DNA of 64,000 nucleotides from Eledone cirrhosa. Lineage: Eukaryota. This document shows, one piece after another, positions 1-14,435 of this stretch. Position 1 is the first letter of the stretch; each line of letters begins with the position of its first letter. The stretch spans positions 44,826,001 through 44,890,000 of the forward strand of contig OZ024751.1 in the NCBI GenBank assembly GCA_964016885.1, given 5' to 3'. A program made the translations under genes and the position numbers. The notes beneath the pieces were generated by a model. That model did not search any database. It was not told the origin of the DNA and was given only the letters and a program-made list of their open reading frames with translations.

Positions 1-208
1 ATTTCCTTTCTATAGGACATACGTCCGACGGTCCGCAAATATAATGCCAACTACCAGCTCGTATGAGTTATGGCCGTTAAAGTGACCCACACGTGAACCG
101 GCCGCAAGTGAAAGCGGGAATATTACAGACTTGTTGATGGCTTGGCTGCTAAAAAATTGCAGTAAGCAACAACGAATTTTTTCTCTACATAGATTGGAGA
201 ATGTATAA

Positions 209-414
209 AAATGAGGTAAATATCTCACTGAGTACTAAGTACCCATAGAGATATTTTAAATTTATTTAAAGGATTGTTTAATGTTTGTTTGTTCTGCTCA
301 TCAATTTTTATAGTTCTGGTATCTCGAATTAGTACCATAGAACAACAATTATATTATAGACACCCTATATATCTCTATGGGTACTTAGTACTCAGTGAGA
401 TATTTACCTCATTT
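209..414. repeat. 46-bp inverted repeat abutting (TA)n, probably the same element class
   Basis: 209-254 is the reverse complement of 369-414. Confidence 0.7.
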
Positions 415-782
415 ATATATATATATATATATATATACAGACATGTTGGTGTATGTATGCGGGACCACGTGATACATTTTGCAGTAGGGGACTGTTGGAA
501 TATTAGAAAGCGCTAGAGTGATAGCTGATGCTGAGTTTGAATTCCATCGACGGTGACTTCTTGGCTTCCACTGAAATTATATTGCGTGTTGTTTGATATA
601 AACTATGAAAAGGTTTTTACTGGAAGCAGAAAGACGTTGTTTCGGGCTTTTTGTTGAGGGAAATTGAGGCATGTTTTTTTATGTGAAGAGGGAAACGGAC
701 TTTCACAAAAGAGCGTGGTTTTTATTTTTAGGATCTATAAATATTCTTTTCATTAATCTGTCATGTTTGTCGTGGTGTATCT

Positions 783-816
<34 letters not shown>

Positions 817-1381
817 GTTTACCTGTCTATATTTATCTATCTATCCATCTCCCTCACACAATAGCAGAACGTCTATGAGAAAGAGGCAGAGACATTTGTT
901 AGTAAAGTCGTAAGAATTAGACAGAAATAGAAACAAAAAAAATAAATCCGACATAAATTTTATAAAAAGCTAGGCAGGGAAAATAAATATATGGAGACAC
1001 AGCAACAAGATATATATAAATATATTTATTTATAAATGTTTATGCTTGTGGTTATTCTTTCTTTATTGTGGTCATACCAGCTGATCAGTGGTGTGTTCAA
1101 TGTTCTTTTAATTGATATAAAACCTGGAGGGGGGCGGTTAATCGCCATTTTAATCGTCTTACATGTCGGCAAATTTCTCTTTTCTGGTGGAGTGTTTACA
1201 ATTGAAACCTAAACCTTCCAATACGACATTTATAGGAAGAAAGAAGAAGGAGAAAACACCGAGATGTATAGAAATGAAATCACGCCTATTTTCAATTGAG
1301 CAGAGACACTTCCAAAACAGTGGAGAATCCCGAAACACACGTATAACAAGTTGAGAATAATAATAATAATAATAATAATAA

Positions 1382-1489
<108 letters not shown>

Positions 1490-1844
1490 CAATAAACGAA
1501 ATCTAAAGTGGCTTTTAAAATTTAAAAAAATAGAAGAAGAAGAAGAAGAAGAAGAAGAAGAAGAAGAAGAAGAAGAAGAAGAAGAAGAAGAAGAAGAAGA
1601 AGAAATTCAAGAATAAAATAATAATTAGATTAATAACAACAACAACAACAACAATATTCCCCATAATATTTCTTTATATTAAAAAAAACTAAAACTAATA
1701 TTGACAGAAGGCATTTGTACTCATTTCTATATATTTCGCTGTTTCTGACTCTCCGTTAGTTCTTGTCTATTTAATGTGGCTTGCACTCAACAACTAATGA
1801 AAGAGAAGCGGCTTTGCTTTTTCTTACACAATACATTAATGTTT

Positions 1845-1921
<77 letters not shown>

Positions 1922-1938
1922 GTGTGTGTGTGCGTATG

Positions 1939-2038
<100 letters not shown>

Positions 2039-2080
2039 CATATATATATACATACATATATATATATATATACATACACA

Positions 2081-2115
<35 letters not shown>

Positions 2116-2164
2116 GTATGTATATATGTATACATACATATATATATATTATATATATACATAC

Positions 2165-2226
<62 letters not shown>

Positions 2227-2232
2227 GTATTT

Positions 2233-2314
<82 letters not shown>

Positions 2315-2743
2315 ATCCCATAAATAGTGACAATAACAACAAAGATGGTGACGTTGAACAGCAGCAACAACAACAACAATAACAACAACAACAGCAGTAA
2401 CAACAACAACACCAATAATAGCAATAACAATAACTACAACAGCAATAACAACAACAACAGCAGTAACAACAACAACAACAGCAATAACACCAATAACAAT
2501 AACTACAACAACAGTAACAACAACAACACCAATAACAGCAATAACAATAACTACAACAACAATAACAATAGCAATAACAACAACAGCAATAACAATACCG
2601 TTAACACGTCAATGGGGTCAACTGGAATAACCACAAACAGTATTAAGCTCACATACAATCAATGTAAAATTAGTAATAATTCGGTTTTAGTGCACTAAAT
2701 GGCTACACACACACACACGCACACACATACACACACACACACA

Positions 2744-2783
<40 letters not shown>

Positions 2784-2784
<1 letters not shown>

Positions 2785-3217
2785 TTAGGGTAAACATTGA
2801 TGCAATTCAATTCAAGCACTCGACGCACTTCTTCCACATAGGAGTGACGGAGTAAATATCGAATAAGTAAAAGCGAAGTAGTTTCAGATGTTCAAGTCCT
2901 TTAATAATAATTGTTTCTTCTTTTTGGCACAAGGCCAGCAAATACCCAGTGTATTACTGGTACTTTATTTTATCGACCCCGTAAGGATGAAAGGCAAAGT
3001 TAACCACGGCGGGATTTGAACTCAGAATGGCAAGGGCCGTAACTCTATGCGTCAAAGCATGGCGTCCGACCCTCTACCGATACTGCCTATCCACCGCCCT
3101 ATCTTAAGTCCTTTAATAATAATGCTGTGATATATATTTCAGTGTCGTCATTGAAAATATATATCACAGCATTATTATTTAAGGACTTGAACATCTGAAA
3201 CTACTTCGCTTTTACTT

Positions 3218-3221
<4 letters not shown>
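2784..3221. mobile_element. Palindromic TA-inserted element interrupted by a SINE
   Basis: With the SINE removed, 2861-2911 + 3124-3140 is inverted to ~3153-3221. Left tail 2784-2860. Confidence 0.72.
2911..3100 (-). mobile_element. tRNA-derived SINE, main family (other - copies ~7947-8123, 13001-13206, 13247-13312, 15626-15710, 31946-32134, 34594-34782, 34790-35000, 46533-46718)
   Basis: ~190-bp consensus with A box TGGCAGTATCGG, B box GTTCAAATC and central 'gcctttcatccttacggggtcgataaaataaagtaccag'. 18-bp TSD at this copy. Confidence 0.9.
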
Positions 3222-3296
<75 letters not shown>

Positions 3297-3690
3297 AATA
3301 ACAATACAATCGATACAGTATATGGAAGGGATATATTAGGTTAACGCTTGAAATAGCAGGAAGAGGGTCTTAACGTTTCGGACGCTAGTCCTTCAGAAGA
3401 AGAAAGAATGAGAAATAAGATAGATTGAAAGGACGGGCGGGTTGGAATTGGAAAAAATGTCTTTAGATAAAAATAACAGGTCCCTACGTGCGAGTACCTA
3501 TATATAAATGTATATGTATATGTGTGTGTGTGTGTATGTGTGTGTATCCCAGGTTCAATCGGAGGTAACCAAAGTAAATAAGGTACTCAATACAGAGCAG
3601 AGTATAAATATTTCATATAGAAGTGTAGAAGCCTTTTCTATATTAAATAGTGAGTCTTGTTACTCTGGAATTTCGCCTGTTTATCATGGA

Positions 3691-3732
3691 GTCTGATGAC
3701 CCTGTGATAAACAGGTGAAACTCCAGCGTAAC
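3691..3732 (+). ncRNA. Hammerhead (stem I truncated) in small palindrome 3645-3747
   Basis: gu CUGAUGA c ccugu-gauaa-acagg u GAAA cuc-ca-gcg UA ac. The inverted arm 3645-3686 has gag at this position, which restores stem III. Confidence 0.62.
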
Positions 3733-4318
3733 AACACACTCTATTTAGCCATAATAAAATGAATATATATATATATTGATTGATTGGTTAATTATTTATG
3801 TTTGTTTAATCACGTCTGGTCGAGAGCTTCATTCGGTTTGTGGAAAGGAATTTATTCTTTTGGTCAAAATTTGAATTTCGACCGCCAAAAACCGGGGGTT
3901 ACCTCCCTTTGGGAAAACCACGTGACCGCCCCCAGTCTTACTGCTATACCTTACACCCGACAGCAGCATAGAACGGAAACCTGTTGAGAAAGTGTACCCT
4001 CTGTTCGATCTTCCAAAACCAATAACTTGCATACCGTGCAAGTGGATTTGTTGATTTCGATTTCACAGAAACCTACCGGAGATATTGCTTAATATCGATG
4101 TGATGGTCCAGGTTTGTCAAATTATCCTGAGTTGGTTTTCTCGTTGCTTTGGTCCCTGCGACTGGCTTACCGGTCGCAATCTTCTATTTGCAAAGCTGCC
4201 TAAACCTAATGTTATTACTCTAAGGTAAAATACCTTATTGAGTGCTTAGCTGCACATTCCGATTGCATTCGTTAGCTTAGCTGCAGCCAGAGCTTCGATT
4301 ATGCTGAACTTCCATTTG

Positions 4319-4349
<31 letters not shown>

Positions 4350-4469
4350 GGCTTCTACAGGAACTGTTTCATTTGGACCGTAGAAGCCATTCCTATTTTA
4401 AATATTTATACTCTGTTATATATTGAGTACCTTGCTTATTGTGGTTACCCTCTATTGAACCCGGGATAA

Positions 4470-4501
<32 letters not shown>

Positions 4502-5710
4502 GAGGCTTGTCCCAAAAGTAAGGTTACTAATGTTTTATTTAAATGTATATTACTCGTGTGTAATACACATTTGTGCGTGTGTATTCAATGAAATAGAATT
4601 TCATTATTTGATTATCAAAAAAAAAAGTATTCTAATTCACTTAGGCTAGTTAATCCAATTGGGTAAATAGCTCAACTTAACATATCCAGCTTGTATTGCT
4701 CTCAGAAAAAAATGCAGACTGTTTTATTAGTTTAAAAAACCGAATGGTGGATTATGAAAAGTCTTAAAGCTTAGGAATATGTTTTTTTAAACCACATCCA
4801 TTTCCCTACCCTGTTCAATCTCCGTTGGGCGGGGGACTTTGGTTTTCATCCCCTGGCATGTATATATATATGAAAGAATACTTGTGAAATACGGCACTGA
4901 AGTCAATTAAATTGGCTACGCCTCACCCAAAGCAATATCTAGCCGTGTGCGAAAGATATAAATCATAAGCACTTTGCAAACAGGAGTAAAATCTCATGAT
5001 ATTTGATTCCGTTCTTTTACGTTCTGGACCTAAATTATGCCGGGGTCAGCGTAATTTTCATACTTTCTCTACAGTAAAATAGATAACATTGAAGATTTAT
5101 TATAGCAATCGCAATTGCCCGATAAATATTGTGTATATGCCAGAAAAAAATTAATCTTACAACAGTATTTTGAATTCTAAGTGAGGACATATGAGGTCTA
5201 AGTGAGATCTTGCCATCAGAAGAAAAAAAATTCAAAGAGAGGCCTTGCCAATTTAACATGAGATTAAGTATTTCAAAGTGAGAATAACAATTTCAAGATA
5301 AGATTAAAATAAAACGATTTGACTATGAGATGTATAAAGAAAATGAATTAGGTGTTGATAAGGAGATCCCAGACCTCATTCGCCTACCGAGTGAGGTGGA
5401 ACTCATCAAATCAGACCAAGGAGACAATGTTTCCATTGGTTTTCCGTTGCTGATACTATCTACCAGTCGCAACTCCTCGCAGAAGGACATAAGGTATCGC
5501 CCGGTACGGGAGTCGAACTCACAACCTCCCGATTGTGAATCCAATTCTCTAACCTTAAATCACCCACCTTCACTAGATAGATAGACAGATAGACAGATAT
5601 ATTTCTTTATTTGCCACAAGGGCGCACAAGAAAAGAGGACAATACAAAGACATATGGCGTGGATTGTACATACAATCGGGTAAACAAATATTTTCGACAG
5701 ATAGACAGAC

Positions 5711-5747
<37 letters not shown>

Positions 5748-6031
5748 CAGAGCATAGACGTTTAAATAGAGACATGACTAGACATGATTTTTTCTGACAA
5801 TGGGAGACAAACTAGATGAATCGGCTTAGCCGTGAGAATAAGCGACATGTAAATATTTACCAAATGATGTCAACGACTGGCTATTCTACTGCAAGAAACG
5901 GGGAATGCGTGAGATGTGTGAGAAAAAAAAAACATATTTTCCAGGTCAAATTACATTTCTACCGGTGGGGGCGGAATCTTTAACGACATCATAGAATATT
6001 AAGGATGCGTGGTAAAAAAAATTAATTTAGA

Positions 6032-6520
6032 GGAAGCGCGTAGCCTAGTGATTAGCATGTTCGACTTAGGATCATAATGTCATCGGTTCGATTCTTGGAC
6101 GGGTTTGTGTGTTGTGTTCTTGAACAAAAACATTTCAATTCATGTTGCTCCAGTATAGGCAGCTCAAAATAGGTACCAGCAATAGCTGGGGATTTAACCT
6201 TGCGGTGGACAGGTGTCCTGTTCAGAAGGAGTCATGTACTTTCAGTCTCTTTAGGCAACGAAAACCAGGATAAGCACCGGCCTGGTGAGCCTCCGATCTC
6301 TAGCAGGACACTGGCGCCTGAAATAGCAAATTTGATACACCAGTAGTTGTGGCTAGAGTATAGACTAATGGTTAAATATTCGCTCCGCAATCATTACGTC
6401 GCGGGTTCGACCCCACTGTGTGGAATTTGGAGGACATATGTCATTTATTATATCATTGAGTTAACCTATGCCATGTAAGTGAAATTGGGTAGACGGAAAT
6501 TATATGGAAGCCCGTCGGAC
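6032..6520 (+). mobile_element. Two degraded tRNA-derived CORE-type SINEs (another tRNA-headed SINE ~5340-5560, -)
   Basis: B boxes GGTTCGATTC / GGTTCGACCC, 'ttgtgttcttgaacaa' CORE-like stretch, 3' 'ggtagacggaaa...gaagcccgtcg'. Confidence 0.6.
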
Positions 6521-7077
6521 GGGCTGCACGTGAAATTCAAAGGATCGGACATGACACAGTACGTCACGCTGAATTTCCGAGAAAATTGCATTAAATGTAC
6601 AAGTGTATACAAGGGGAATGCTCAGACACCTACATGCTAATTTCATGATCAGTCTGGCCCTTTGACCGAACAAATGCAACAATTTGGTTTGGTTTTCTCA
6701 TCCTTTCGCCACCCAAAAACTTGGAATCCTTACAGGATATTGAGGCATTTTAAATAGAGAAAATATAACCACCGTGTCCCGCTGAATCTCCTTGACTATA
6801 ATAATGCTATAGCTACACGTGTCTGTGAAAAACTCGGTCATTAACACGTCAAATTCATGAGCAAGCTGTTCCATTCATCGAACAGTTGGAATAATCATCT
6901 TGGAAACCGATGGAGGACCTTTCCTAGTTAATGTTAGGTGTCCTTGATTATGAGAAGGAATGTTATGTTATAAACTATATGTATATGAATTCTTTCCATT
7001 CTTAAATATCTTGCCACTGTTGGTATTGGTGTGTTGTGACTGGTTATTTCTCTCGTTTGTATATATATATATATATA

Positions 7078-7146
<69 letters not shown>

Positions 7147-7888
7147 ATAGAGGTGTAACACACGAGTTGTTATATATTGGTAAAAGGAAAAGAAAATGCT
7201 GACATGACCCCTTAACCTTTGTCAAGGCAGAATTCTAGGAGAAGGAAAACTCTGATATAACACCTGCAACTCTGATGGTATCCAATGATGTTGACTTGTT
7301 CTTCTTTTTGGTAAATATCATCTTGGTTAAGAGAGTGGGACTGGCTTTGTGCAGTGCCTTTGCTCACTATAAAAGCTTCACGGCACAGGCATTGCTTTAT
7401 ATCTGGAGATCTCTCTGCACTTGTCGTCACATGGTACCATGGGCCCAGCACTAGGTGTCAATAATTTGTGTAGTGTTTGTACCAGAATTTTCAAGTCGCT
7501 GGCTGGACTAAAAAGTCACACTCGTTCAGCGCATCGGTAGGGGTTCTCCTACATGGATATAAAGTAGTGGCCGTACTCGAAAACGAGTTGGCAGCCACAA
7601 TATATATATGTATATATATGTATGTACGTATGTATGTATGTATGAATATACGTATATACCTCGGTACGTATACAGAATTCTTGCTGGGAAATCGTATATT
7701 GCGAAAGATATTGTACTTTGAAAGAGTTAACCTGTCAGTAAACTCACACGCACCTGTTGTAGTTCACTTCTTATTGTTAATTAGTTAATTAACAATGAAT
7801 GAAATAACTACAACCAGTGCGTGAGTTTTTATTGTTATAATTTATTGTTATAATTGCCCGCCAATATATAACATGTTATGTGTGTATT

Positions 7889-7942
<54 letters not shown>

Positions 7943-8247
7943 ATAATTGTTTCTACTTTAGGCACAAGGCCAGCAATTACCCAGTGCATTACTGGTACTT
8001 TATTTTATCGACCCCGTAAGGATGAAAGGCAAAGTCAACCTCGGCGGGATTTGAACTCAGATCGTAAAGGGGCGTAACTATGCTGGAAAGCATGGCGTCC
8101 GACCCTCTACCGATACTGCCAATTTATAATAATAATAATAATAATAAATGCGAAGACTAAAATCCAAAGAGGGCTCGATAAGGATAAATATATATTATTA
8201 AGGGTGAAAGCAGCGATTCTTTACTTAAACTTTAATCTCTTATTTTA

Positions 8248-8358
<111 letters not shown>

Positions 8359-10031
8359 CGTGCGTGTGCGTGTGTGTGTGTGTGTGTCAGGGGCAGTAGA
8401 AGCATTTCTGAATGGGGGGGAGAGGTAAATTTGGTCAATTTCGTTGTAGTGATTAGTTTAGCTCTTTGTACTCTAAAATGGTCAGAAAACTTCGATCTGC
8501 GATAAACATAACATGTACATAAATTGTAGCGCATATCCAAATAAATGTGTGTTTTGGTAGTTTGGGGAGAAAATATAATTATTGGGAGGAGGCACGGCCC
8601 CGCTGAAATCTAAACCTCTCTATATCTACTACACAACACTCTCTTCCAATCCCCCTCTATATATCAATTACTACCAAACTCACCCCTCTCAGTATCTATC
8701 AATACTTATCTCTATCGGTCTTCTCACATTATACATTACCACCAAACACATCCCCTCTCTACATCAACCAAATAACAGTCTCTTCCAATCCCCCTTTCTA
8801 TCTCAATTAACACCAAACTCTGGCCCATTGTATATCTACTACACGGTAACTGTCTTCCAATCCCCTCTCTATATCAATAAACATCAATGTCCACCCCTCT
8901 ATGGAGCATATTATATACATATCTACAGGGCGGTGGATTGGCCGTATCGGTAGAGGGTCAGACACCATGCTTTCCAGCATAGTTGCGTCCCTTTACGATC
9001 TGAGTTCAAATCCCTCCGAGGTTGACTTTGCCTTTCATCCTTTGGGGTCGATAAAATAAAGTACCAGTAATGCACCGGGTAATTGCTGGCCTTGTGCCTA
9101 AAGTAGAAACCATTATATACATATCTATACATACATATATGTATATATATAAATATGTATATATATAAACATACACACACACACATATATATATACATAT
9201 ATATATAAACAATACATATATATACATATACACACACATTCAATATTACGTACATACATGTATATATGCATCAATAAGTATATGCTTCTTCACACACCTA
9301 CAAGTAACCAAACGGCTAAATAATGAAAAGTAAGTCAAAACTAGATGAACAATTTCAAAAGAGTGATGCAAGTGAAAACATTAACAATAGACTTCAAACA
9401 AATCCTATAAAATCTATATTGAGAATGTGCCTTCGCTTTACACCAAACTAAACACATATAAAATGAATGTATATTAATACAATGCATTAAAATATAATGA
9501 ATCCAAATACATGCTTGGTTTTTTTTTTCACAAATATCAGAGCAAAAGGATTAGTAATAATACACAGGCCTAGTTACAGAAATACTTTACGCAATATTAC
9601 TAAAACAGTATTTATTAACCAGAGAGTATTGAGTACTATCTATGAGGTGTCCGGGTTTGGGGGTGGGGTGGGGGGTTCTATCATTTCTAGTTAGAAACTT
9701 CGAAGTTGGACTTGTGTGACAAGTGAGATGATTTGATTCCTCTATAATTAGAACTTTGGGATTATCAATCCCGATTGCCATTGCTTAGGTGCCATTCTCC
9801 AGAAATCCAGGCCATTACGCAAACACCTCAAACAGAGAATACCTACTCTATTAAAGACTTTTAACATCTGGAATCGAATTTCATCCTCCATACATCCATT
9901 CATCCATACTTACATATATACATCTATCCATCCATCCATACATTCATAGATACATGATGTCTGCTCCCTCGTTATAAAGTATGACCATTGCACGATATAC
10001 CATTATTAATAATTATTAATTAATTCTATCA

Positions 10032-10425
10032 AGGCGGTGGATTGGCAGTATCGGTAGAGGGTCGGACACCATGCTTTGACGCATAGAGTTACGGCCCTTT
10101 CTATTCTGAGTTCAAATCCCGCCGAGGTTAACTTTGCCTTTCATCCTTACGGGGTCGATAAAATAAAGTACCAGTAATACACTGGGTAATTGCTGGCCTT
10201 GTGCCTAACGTAGAAACAATTAATTAATTCTATCAAGGGCGGTGAATTGGCAGTATCGGTAGAGGGTTGGACGCCATGCTTTCTAGCATAGTTACTTCCC
10301 TTTACAGTCTGAGTTCAAATCCCGCCGAGGTTAACTTTGCCTTTCATCCTTACGGGGTCGATAAAATAAAATACCAGTAATGTACTGGGTATTTGCTGGC
10401 CTTGTGCCTAAAGTAGAAACAATTA
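10032..10425 (+). mobile_element. Two tandem SINEs (other + copies ~8928-9112, 12553-12729, 13364-13488, 26203-26389, 30541-30725, 38883-39072)
   Basis: Same consensus, ending 'gtagaaacaatta'. Confidence 0.9.
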
Positions 10426-10726
10426 ATTAATTCTATCATGCAATGCCTGTGCGTGAAGATATTTTTTAAAGTGAGGAAAGACTGTGCACTGAGCCAATCC
10501 CACTCGGCGAACGACAGTAGCTATAACCCGAAAAGAAGAGAAGATCAACATCATCGGTAACTACTGAGCCGCAGGTTTTATATCGGAGTTATCCCAGTTT
10601 CCTGAGTTGCCTTCTCCTAGAAGAATGCCCTGACAAAGGCTAGGGGTCCTTCACTCCCACTGGTTTAACATACATACATACATACATACATACATACATA
10701 CATACATACATACATACATACATACA

Positions 10727-11324
10727 TGGTGGCTGCCAACTTGTTTTCGAGTACGGCCACTACGTTATATCCATGTAGGAGAACGCCTACCGATGCGCTG
10801 AACGAGTGTGACTTTTTAGTCCAACCAGCGACTTGAAAACTCTGGCACAAACACTACACTTGTGACAATTATTGACACAGTGTACATGGTACCATGTGAC
10901 GACAAGTGCAGAGAGATCTCCAGATACAAAGCAATGCCTGTGCCGTGAAGCTTTTATAGTGAGCAAAGGCACTGCACAAAGCCAGTCCCACTCTCTTAAC
11001 GAAGATGATATTTACCAAAAAGAAGAACAAGTCAACATCATTGGATACCATCAGGGTTGCAGGTGTTATATCAGAGTTGTCCTTCTAGAATTCTGCCTTG
11101 ACAAAGGCTAAGGGGTCATCTCTCCCGGTGATTTTGGATGGCCATTGACTCTTAAGAGCTCCTTTGCCCTTTGACAGGTTTTGTTTTTAGTCCTGCAGGA
11201 TGTCCAATGTCACCCTCCTCACCAAGAAACCTTGGTGGGGTTGCCAGTTTAGTCGCCAACGACTCGACCATGAGACAGGTTGTACTGGGATACATGTTAC
11301 CAGTAGCACCAACTGGTGACCTGA
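10727..11324 (-). mobile_element. Bipartite non-autonomous RTE-derived element in (CATA)n (5'-truncated copies 7205-7600 +, 23445-23866 +; diverged relative 10438-10655 -)
   Basis: RTE 5'UTR-like 'ctaggagaaggaaaactctgatataa' joined to a C2H2 remnant CSVCTRVFKSLAGLKSHTRSAH and a common 3' end 'gagttggcagccacca' + (TATG)n/(TA)n. Confidence 0.7.
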
Positions 11325-11722
11325 CATACATACATACATACATTCATACATACATACATACCATACATACATACATACATACATACATACATACATACAT
11401 ACATACATACATACATACATACAGGGAAAGATAGACTGCTGGACAATTTTCAAATCTAACATACTCATTTTATGGACGAGGTGACACGTGGCTCTTTCAG
11501 TATCCGTGGACAGTTATTTAACCTTTCAATATAACATGTCTATCTACACACCTAGTTTGATGAGTAATCAACTTTACCTGTTATAATTTCAATAACATTG
11601 CTATTTAGCTCCAACTTGAATTTACCTGTTACATTCTGATATTAACATTGGTTTATATATGACATAACACTCCTTTCTAGCCATCAGATGTACTGGTTCA
11701 CTCACTAATAGCTCCAATTGTA

Positions 11723-11765
<43 letters not shown>

Positions 11766-11824
11766 GGTACGTATATATGTATATGTATATATATATATAT
11801 ACATATATACATATACATATATAC

Positions 11825-11900
<76 letters not shown>

Positions 11901-12000
11901 TTATATGTGTGTGTGTGTATGGTATGTATGTATGTTTGTGTATAAACATATAGGTGTGTATGTGTGGTGTATGTATGTTATAAATAAATATATATATGAG

Positions 12001-12107
<107 letters not shown>

Positions 12108-12743
12108 GCATGTTTTTGTATGTATGTGTTGGTGCTGTACCTGTTTGGCAAGTGACTTGCTCTAAGTCGTGTGTTGAGGCTGTTGAAAGAATTCCCATCA
12201 TGGCAGCCATGTTAGTTCTTTGACAACTCACAAAAAAACCTATATTCACATTTCGTTCGCTTCTTAACAATGTTATCTACCACATTATATATATACTATG
12301 GTATTTTCACGGTAAAGTCTTTATCTTACATAATATCTCACATAATATCTCACATAATATCGAATCTAAGAGATTTTAATTTTATCTATTTTAAGAACAA
12401 TACCTTAACATCAGTATGTGTGGCCAGTAACAGCAAGTTTGAACAGAAAACGGTGAGAGAATTGTGGATATATACGGCCGGTTTGTTGCAGCAAGTTTGA
12501 AGAGAAAGAGTTGAGAGGCTTCTGGCCGGATACGACCGGTTTAAATGCTAAATGGCAGTATCGGTAGAGGGTCGGACGCCATGCTTTCCAGCATAGCTAC
12601 GTCCCTTTACGATCTGAGTTCAAATCCTGCCGAGGTTGACTTTGCCTTTCATCCGTACGAGGTCGATAAAATAAAGTACCAGTAATGCACTGGGTAATTG
12701 CTGGCCTTGTGCCTAAAGTAGAAACAATTATCTATTATGAAAT

Positions 12744-12962
12744 GACGGTGGTGGATTAGCAGCATCGGTAGAGCATCTGACAAGATGTTTGGTGGCATAT
12801 AGTTACCCCCCTTTACGTTCTGAGTTCGAATCCCGCCGTGGATAGCTTTGCTTTTCATCTTTACAGGATAAATAGAACAACGCACCAGTAACGCACTGGG
12901 GCCGAATTAATCGACTTTCCCCTCCCTTCAAGTTGCTGGCCTTGTGCCTAAACCAGAAAATA
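12744..12962 (+). mobile_element. Older, longer SINE subfamily (also ~17082-17285, 32165-32370, 32384-32610, 38545-38880, 48730-48948, 49533-49690)
   Basis: Same head and centre plus an extra 'ggggtcgatttaatcgacttcccc...aaattgctggcc' segment; more diverged. Confidence 0.78.
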
Positions 12963-13521
12963 TTATTATAAATAAATAAAAAATAAAAAATAAATCATTA
13001 ATTGTTTCTACTTTAGGCACAAGGCCAGCAATTACCCAGTGCATTACTGGTACTTTATTTTATCGACCCCGTAAGGATGAAAGGCAAAGTCAACCTCGGC
13101 GGGATTTGAACTCAGATCGTAAAGGGACGTAACTATGCTGGAAAACATGGCGTCCGACCTTCTACCGATACTGCCAATCTACCGCCCTATGCCAATCCAC
13201 CGCCCTTAAAAAATAAATCATTAATATTAGCAATCATGCTATATATAATTGTTTCTACTTTAGGCACAAGGCCAGCAATTACCCAGTGCATTACTGGTAC
13301 TTTATTTTATCATGCTATATATAATAATGCTATATATAATAATATACAAATAACATTATTAACCCTTTACGTTCTGAGTTCAAATCCCGCCGAGATTAAC
13401 TTTGCCTTTCGTCCTTACGAGGTCGATAAAATAAAATACCAGTAATGCACTGGGGTAATTGCTGGCTTTGTGGCAAAAGTAGAAACAGTTATATATATAT
13501 ACATACATATGTATATGTATG

Positions 13522-13596
<75 letters not shown>

Positions 13597-14014
13597 ATGT
13601 GTGTATACATATATATATATGTATATATATACATATATATCGTATTCCACCCGCTTGTGGTGGGGCAGGGATTCTTCTTCGCTTCCTCCTCCTCTATCTT
13701 CTTCTTCTTCTTCTTCTTCTTCTTCTTCTTCTTCTCCTCCTCCTCTATCTTCTTCTTCTTCTCCTTCTTCTTCTCCTTCTTCTTCCTCCACTTCCTTCTC
13801 CTCTTCTTCATCATCGGGTATATGTTCTTGCTGATGTTGTTGTTCAACTAATCGTCGTTACCGCCGTCCCCGGCACCAGATTACTCACCCCCTACCACCA
13901 TCGCCCCCATCAAATCACTACTACCATCGTTACCATCATCACCATCATCATCATCCACATTATCATCATAGATATCATCAGCACCAACGTCATCGTATGT
14001 TTTCGTTATCTTCT

Positions 14015-14078
14015 CTTGTTGTTGTTGTTGTTATCATAGTTGTTATTGATGTTGTTATCGTTGTTGTTGTTATCGTCG

Positions 14079-14149
<71 letters not shown>

Positions 14150-14435
14150 ATCGTCGTTCTTGTTGTTGTTGTTATCTGTCGTTGTTGTTGTTGTTGTTGT
14201 TATGGTTGTTGTTGTTGTTGTTATGGTTGTTGCTATGGTTGTTGTTGTTGTTGTTGTTATTGTTATCGTTCTTGTTATTATTGTTGTTCTTATTTTTATT
14301 GTTGTTGTTGTCATCGTTGTTCTTGTTATTGCTGTTATCATTGTTGTTGTTGTTATGGTTATCATTGTTGTTGTTATAGTTGTTGTTGTTGTTATTGTTG
14401 TTGTTATGGTTGTTGTTGTTATTGTTGTTGTTGTT
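14015..14435. repeat. (TTG)n degenerate microsatellite (similar (AAC)n at 2330-2600)
   Basis: Direct inspection. Confidence 0.95.
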
